This document shows, one piece after another, positions 57,017 to 64,000 of a stretch of 64,000 nt of DNA (the first letter of the stretch is position 1; every line of letters starts with the position of its first letter). The notes beneath the pieces were generated by a model. It was not told where the DNA came from and ran no database searches. It saw only the letters and a list, made by a program, of their open reading frames with translations. A program made the position numbers and the translations under genes. This DNA is from Octopus vulgaris (taxonomy: Eukaryota), in assembly GCA_951406725.2 (NCBI GenBank), contig OX597815.1, positions 79,732,001 to 79,796,000 on the forward strand, in the 5' to 3' direction.

Positions 57017-57448
57017 GGGATCTTTTCGGTTTGAACAGCAGTTTTTAACAGAATTTCTAGGTAACTAAAAAATTGTAAACTTCGTATACTGGTAGAATGT
57101 GTTTATAAAACATTTGTTTCTCTCGGCTTTATTTAGAAAATTCTATAGTTTGTAAGATATTTGTTGTTTTTTTCTTCAATTTCTGCAATTTCAACCAATC
57201 AAATACGTCTATTGAGGTGAAAACATTCTGTGCCGTATGAATACGTCCCTCGTTTAAGAAACAGATTGGGTTTATTTACATTTGCGAAGAAAAAAAGATA
57301 CACCCCCACCCCTAACCCTAACTATCCCTAACTAACCCTAATCCTAAAACAGATAGAAATGCAATAGATCGATACTAGGGTCATAATTATGGGTGACAAT
57401 TTCATATGACACCGCTAGAAAAAACTGCCGTACAAACCGAAAAGATCC
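57017..57448. mobile_element. MITE with internal telomere-like repeats
   Basis: TIRs ggatcttttcggtttgaacagcagttttt / aaaactgccgtacaaaccgaaaagatcc; degenerate (CCCTAA)n at 57309-57348. Confidence 0.8.
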
Positions 57449-58045
57449 ATATACCGTTAATAAAAGTTGGGATGCGTGGCGTTCAGTTATTCAATAAATG
57501 AAAAAATACATAAAATACTACAAAACGTACACGTAGGACAGACACAGAAGGATCCTAATTCTTCATCAGTTATCGACCAAAAATACTAATAATCAGTCTC
57601 GTGCCTTTGCACACATACATACCCGACTAGCTTTCAATTTTTGTCGTGCAAATCCACTCACACGGTTTTGATCAGCTCGTGGCCATAGTATAAGACACTT
57701 GCCCGAGGTACTACGCAGTGGGATTAAACTCAGATCTTTATACATACGCAGTGGGATTAAACCCAGACCTTTATACATAGTTGAACTCCAATATATATAT
57801 AACCAAATTCATTTACGCTTTAAGTTCAAATCCTACCACCTATGTCGTTATTTCTTCAGAGGCTGCTAAACTAAATTATATCAATCAAGTATTGATATCC
57901 ATTTAAATTTCTTCTTCAAAAATGCTCGGGAACTATTATTACTTCAAGCCATTTGTAATGACAGCAACGGCTACGCTTCGGTAATCTTTTGAACTTTAAA
58001 CCGTACAAAGAAAGATTACACTTGTGAAAAATGCCGACACGATCG

Positions 58046-58088
<43 letters not shown>

Positions 58089-58838
58089 CACATATATATA
58101 TATATATATGTATATGCATGTATGTATGTATGTGTGTATGTATGTATGTGTGTATGTATGTATGTGTGTATGTATGTATGTATGTGTGTATGTATGTATG
58201 TATGTATGTATGTATGTATGTATGTATGTATGTATGTATGTGTGTGTGTGTATGCGAGCGTGTGTGTGTGTATGCGAGCGTGTGCGTGTGTATGCGAGCG
58301 TGTGTGTGTGTGTCGTAGGAAAAGAAAATTGATAGTCGTACAATTAATAAACTCCAACTCTGTTCACAATATGTATCAGTGGAAACGCTACAAACGTAAA
58401 CTAACACCATAAAAAAAAAAAAACAGCCGAGAAACAAAACAAAGAGAGAAAGAAAGAAGAAAGATCAAGAAATACACAAAGAGAAGTGTTGGCGGGTGCG
58501 AGGGAGGAAAAGACATTTTGATTCTCCAACTCTTAATTTATTAATGTTTATGTCGGACCAACAACCACAAAAAAACACAAATCTTTGTTTACAGTTCCTC
58601 TGATTTTTCTCTTGTTTTTCTGCTACTTCTCTCCCCCTCTCTCTCTCACTCTTATATATATATATTTCTATCTGTCACCTTCATTTTATCTTTTTTTTCT
58701 TCTCCCTCTCTCGCTAAGGAACTTTTATCTATCTCCGCTTATTCTACTCGTTCGCCTTAATTTTTCCTTCCATACTTTCTTTTGCCTTTTTTTTTCCGTT
58801 CTTGGTTTCCGCCTTTCGTTCTTTCTCGGTGTCAAATG

Positions 58839-58911
<73 letters not shown>

Positions 58912-58954
58912 CTCTCTCTATCTATCTATCTATCTATCTATCTGTCTGTCTGTA

Positions 58955-59037
<83 letters not shown>

Positions 59038-59669
59038 TTTTCTTGTCACATTTTGTCACTTCTTTTCATATTTATCTCCCCTTTCTCATATCTCTTCTTT
59101 CTTTTTTCTCCATTTTTCTCCTCCTTTTTAATTTTGTCCTCTCCCTCTCTTTCGACTTAACGTTTTACTCCATACACTCTTTCTCACCCCCACTCCCTCT
59201 CTCTCTCATCCACTCCTCACCCTTTCTGTTTCCGTTTACATTTCCTATCTATTTACATACGTCATTCCACCTCCCACAACAGACACACATGCCAACCAGC
59301 CTGCCAACCAACCAACCACCCAGCCTATCCGCCGGCCAGCCCACCTTCCAGCCAACCAGACAGTGAGCCAGCCAACAAACCAGCCAACCAGCCAGCCAAT
59401 CCCCACCGTCTGCTGTTTGGAGCCGAGGTTATTCGGTGCAGTTAGTCAAGCGAAACTTCTTAAGAATTTTGAATAACATTAGTGCCGTATGTGGTGTTTT
59501 CTTCTTGTTTTTGTCACTAGGGTTTCTGTTGTTGTTGTTGCTGTTCTTGTTATCAGTTTTATTTTCTATAGCAGTATTAGTAGTTGTCTGTTGTTAATAT
59601 CAACGTTCTTCTTGCTGTTGTTGTTAGCCTCGGTGAGTCTTTTACACTTTTAATTATGGCTGTTGTAAA

Positions 59670-60066
59670 GACGGCGAGCAGGCAGAAACGTTAGCACGCC
59701 GGGCGTAATGCGTAGCCGTATTTCGTCTGCCGTTACGTTCTGAGTTCAAATTCCGCCGAGGTCGACTTTGCCTTTCATCCTTTCGGGGTCGATAAATTAA
59801 GTACCAGTTACGCACTGGGATCGAAGTAATCGACTTAATCCGTTTGTCTGTCCTTGTTTGCCCTCTCTGTGTTTAGCCCCTTGAGGGTAGTAAAGAAATA
59901 GGTATTTCGTCTGTCTTTACGTTCTGCGTTCAAATTCCTTCTTGGTCGACTTTACCTTTCATCCTTTCGGGGTCGATAAATTAAATACCAGTTGCGTACT
60001 GAGGTCGATGTAATCGACTGTTCCCCTCCCCAAGAATTTCAGGTCTTGTGCCTAGAGTAGAAAAGT
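59670..60066 (+). mobile_element. SINE family A dimer
   Basis: Same two-unit structure as 25241-25640. Confidence 0.85.
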
Positions 60067-60279
60067 ATAGTTGTTGTAGTCGTTGTTCTCACTGTTGTTA
60101 GAGTTATTGTTGCTCTTAGCGTAGCTGTTGTTTTTAGCAGCTAATGGAAAAATATCACAATGGAAAACCCGGTCAATAATTATTTATAACTATTTATTCT
60201 GGGGCTCATGCATGTAATTTCAAGTAATCCATAATAATATTTTGAAATCGTATTTATTTTTAGCATTTAAAAAAAATTC

Positions 60280-60652
60280 TTTTATTCTTTTACTTGTTTC
60301 AGTCATTTGACTGCGACAATGCTGGAGCACTGCCTTTAGTCGAACAAATCGACCCCAGGAGTTATTCTTTGCAAGCCTAATATTTATTCTATCGTATCCT
60401 TTTGCCGAACCGCTATGTTACGGGGACGAAAACACACCAGCATCAGTTGTCAAGCAATGTTGGGGGTACAAACACAGACACACAAACACACACACACACA
60501 CACCACACATATATATATACGATGGGCTTCTTAGGCTTTGGTCGGCCCGAGGCTGTAGCAGAAGACACTTGCCCAAGGTGCCACGCAGTGAGACTGAACC
60601 CGGAACCATGTAGTTGGTAAGCAAGCTACCTATCACAGCCACTCCCGCGCCT
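60280..60652 (-). mobile_element. SINE family B
   Basis: Reverse match to 31325-31740 with an internal deletion. Confidence 0.85.
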
Positions 60653-61620
60653 ATGAAGATTTTAAAGCTGTTTCGAAATGTTTGATTATCTTTCAATTAT
60701 TCTGCCTCACCAGCTATCCTTTTCTGCCGCACCTATGAGGCGCGCCTCGCCGTTTGGGAACCACTCCCTTGGTACAACGAGTGATACATAGTTGACAGTA
60801 ACAATGACCAGGATGAAGACAATATTGTGGAGAAGCTATACAACTATGCTTGTTTGATCTTTTCTTGTTCTTTAGGTAATTTATCTACAAATACGTGTCC
60901 CAGTGTGCTCTTTCCCGATTTATGACGGTAGAGTGTGATTTGTGAGAGATTTAGTAGTTGTTTATAGTAGATCGAGCAACCATATGCTAATGGTTGTTGG
61001 TCGTTGGTTTTTGTTAGAATGATTATGAAATTATTGTATGTGTTTGGGTTATTGAGAGCGATAGAATAAGCACCAGGCTCTAAGAAACCGATTCGTTCGA
61101 CTAAAATTCTTCAAGTCGGTGCCCCAGCATGGTCACAGTCCACGGTCTAATGATTGAAACAAGTAAAAGAACACACACACACAAAGACGCGCGTCTGCTC
61201 ATATTCTATCAAATAAATACAATTCGTGAAAGATTGGTGTTGTCCAGAGATATCGAAGCTGAAAACCAGTGGTTGAGAAACGAAGATAGTACTGCCTGCA
61301 CCTATATACATACAGGTCACTTACCTGATGATGTGCAGGTATACAGCTGCTGCAGGATCATAGTTATTTATATAATAATTATGTAACAGCTGTTGCCAAT
61401 GCACAGAAACATTTGTTGTGATAAGTGATTAGAATCTTTTTATTCCATCTTTTTCCTTTGTAAATTTTTATGCAAATTCTTTGTACACCAACGGATTTCC
61501 ACATGGATATCCAGTAAAAGTTGTAATCCTGCTGTATGATGGCATATGTTGGCCGATAACCGTAGAGAAGCTATGAAATGCAAGTTATGAGGTTATTACC
61601 CAGATGGTATTAAATACACA

Positions 61621-61850
61621 CGGCGAGCTGGCAGAGTCCTTAGCACGCCGGGCGAAATGCTTACCAGTATTTCGTCTGCCGTTACGTTCTGAGTTCAAAT
61701 TCCGCCGAGGTCAACTTTCCTTTTCATCATTTCGGGGTCGATTAAATAAGTACCAGTTACGCACTGGGGTCGATATAATCGAGTTAATCCGTTTGTCTGT
61801 CTTTGTTCGTCCTCTCTGTGTTTAGCCCCTTGTGGGTAGTAAAGAAATAG
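61621..61850 (+). mobile_element. SINE family A with TSD ggtattaaatacacacg
   Basis: Direct repeat on both sides. Confidence 0.85.
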
Positions 61851-62297
61851 GTATTAAATACACACGCACACATATCTGTGTATATATGCCAGCATATGCA
61901 TATACATACCCCTACACACAAACACATATATATATACATATCTATATATATGCATATATCAATGTATGTATATATATGTATGTATATATGTGTATATATA
62001 TCTGTATATATGTGTATATATCTATATATATGTATATTATGTGTGTGTACGCGCACGCGTGTATATGTGCGTAACGATGTGTTCTTAATGCCTAAAACAA
62101 CAAACGTTGACTGAAAAAGGAACTCAATACATGTTCCAACAATAAACTTAGATATTTATTTATTTAACAACCTTGTTTGATAAAGATCGTTGACAGATAT
62201 GATAAATGGACGGGTGGGAATTTAATGATTAAAGTCACATACTTATAGTTAAGTATAAGGATGTACACATATATTCGGGCAGATAAAGATCTACCAT

Positions 62298-62347
<50 letters not shown>

Positions 62348-62405
62348 ATTTCACTCATTCCTCGGCTTGTTCGCACCTACAACACATCTCGCATAAACAT
62401 ACGCG

Positions 62406-62477
<72 letters not shown>

Positions 62478-62537
62478 CCTGCCTATCTATCTATCTATCT
62501 ATCTATCTGTCTGCCTGTCTGTCTGTCTGTCTGTATG

Positions 62538-62599
<62 letters not shown>

Positions 62600-63374
62600 T
62601 GTGTATCTGTATAAATGTGTGCATATATGCACAGGCACCGAGATAGATGAGAAGTAAAAATGACAAAAACAAATACAACTAAAACAAAATTATAGAAAAA
62701 AAAAACTCCCGAATTCTGAGACTCTAGAATTGATATATAGATTGTGTATATAGTTAGAGAGGGAGAGAGAGGAGAGAGAGAGAGAAAGGGGGAGGAGAGA
62801 TGCAGAGCAAGGAGGAGGTGCGCTTAAAAAGAAATATCTGTATAGAGCGAGACAGAACATCATATACCTCCATCCATACACACATACATATAATTGAAGA
62901 GGGAGAGAGAGAGAGAGAGAAAGAGAAAGGAACAAACAGACAGAGAGGGAGACAGACATATTAACAAGTATAACCGACTTTCATGAAAATAATGACAAAA
63001 TGTTACACAGAAGAAAAATACAAAGAGAGAAAAAGAAAAAGAGAGTGGAGAGACAAAAACGAGTGAGGAAGGGAGTGAGAGATTGATAGAGAGATAGAGA
63101 GGTACATGAAATAGGTCAGGATAGACACAGTAGGTGTGTTCGAGTGTTTCGTAGGGCGGGCTTGGATTCCTGGCGGCAATCTAATAGATAAAAATGGGTG
63201 AATGTATAACGACCGTGGAACACACACTCATATATCACATATGTATAAATGAGTATGCATGCATAAATACACACACTCCCCCACCCCACTCATACACATA
63301 CACAGAGACACACACGCACACAGACACACACTCACACACGCACACACATGCGTATATGTATAGGCAAGCATACG

Positions 63375-63493
<119 letters not shown>

Positions 63494-63652
63494 GTATACA
63501 CACGTACATATATGCACATACATATAAACATGCATGTCATGAAAATTATGCATGTAGAAAATGAAACATACATACACGCACGCACGTACGCATGCACATA
63601 CGCACATACGCACGCACGCACACAGATACATGTATTCATAAGTTTATCTCTA

Positions 63653-64000
63653 TAGATTTACAATAGAATTCAGAGCCAGCACTGCAAGTTCCGACGTTTC
63701 GTAGACGAAACGTATGGTTGCAAAATGAACTGTGTCCGTGTTGATAATTAATGCTTACATATCAGATGCTAGGAATGTGTTTAATATGTAAATTGATCTA
63801 TCCAATAGAGTTACACTGCTAAACTTAGTACCAATGCGTTTGTGGATGTTTGGTGGTACTGATGAAAGAGCAATAACTCTTGAAATATGTATATACACCT
63901 ATTACCTATCTTTTCTATCTTCGATTGCATAGTTTATATAGACGTATTCGTGTACGAAACGTCTTAATTTGCTGTATTTGTTCTGAATTCTATAGGAAAT
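63653..64000. mobile_element. MITE with long imperfect TIRs (runs off window end)
   Basis: atttacaatagaattcaga..gacgtttcgtagacgaaacgt is inverted at 63941-64000; each TIR has an internal palindrome. Confidence 0.65.

Overview
AT-rich eukaryotic (animal) DNA dominated by microsatellites ((TA)n, (CA)n, (TACA)n, (GA)n, (TATC)n, (TAA)n) and short retroposons. The three tRNA-derived SINE families resemble, from recall, those of octopus, so a coleoid cephalopod intergenic or intronic region is inferred but not verified. No intact host gene is supported. Almost all ORF-track entries are microsatellite artefacts, and the recognisable coding relics are transposon-derived: maT/mariner transposases, a CR1-type RT and an RTE C-terminus. 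The main unexplained signal is a set of at least 10 type I hammerhead-ribozyme motifs (intact, variant or decayed). They lie in short (about 150-500 bp) non-coding inserts placed in or beside (TA)n/(CA)n tracts, and several of these inserts end in an inverted terminal copy. This architecture matches Penelope-like pseudo-LTRs or retrozyme-like elements. Other features are a SINE/LINE shared 3' stem-loop with compensatory changes, a four-layer nested insertion that restores an in-frame RTE ORF, a ~280 bp local inverted duplication, a Helitron, several MITEs and one candidate exon.
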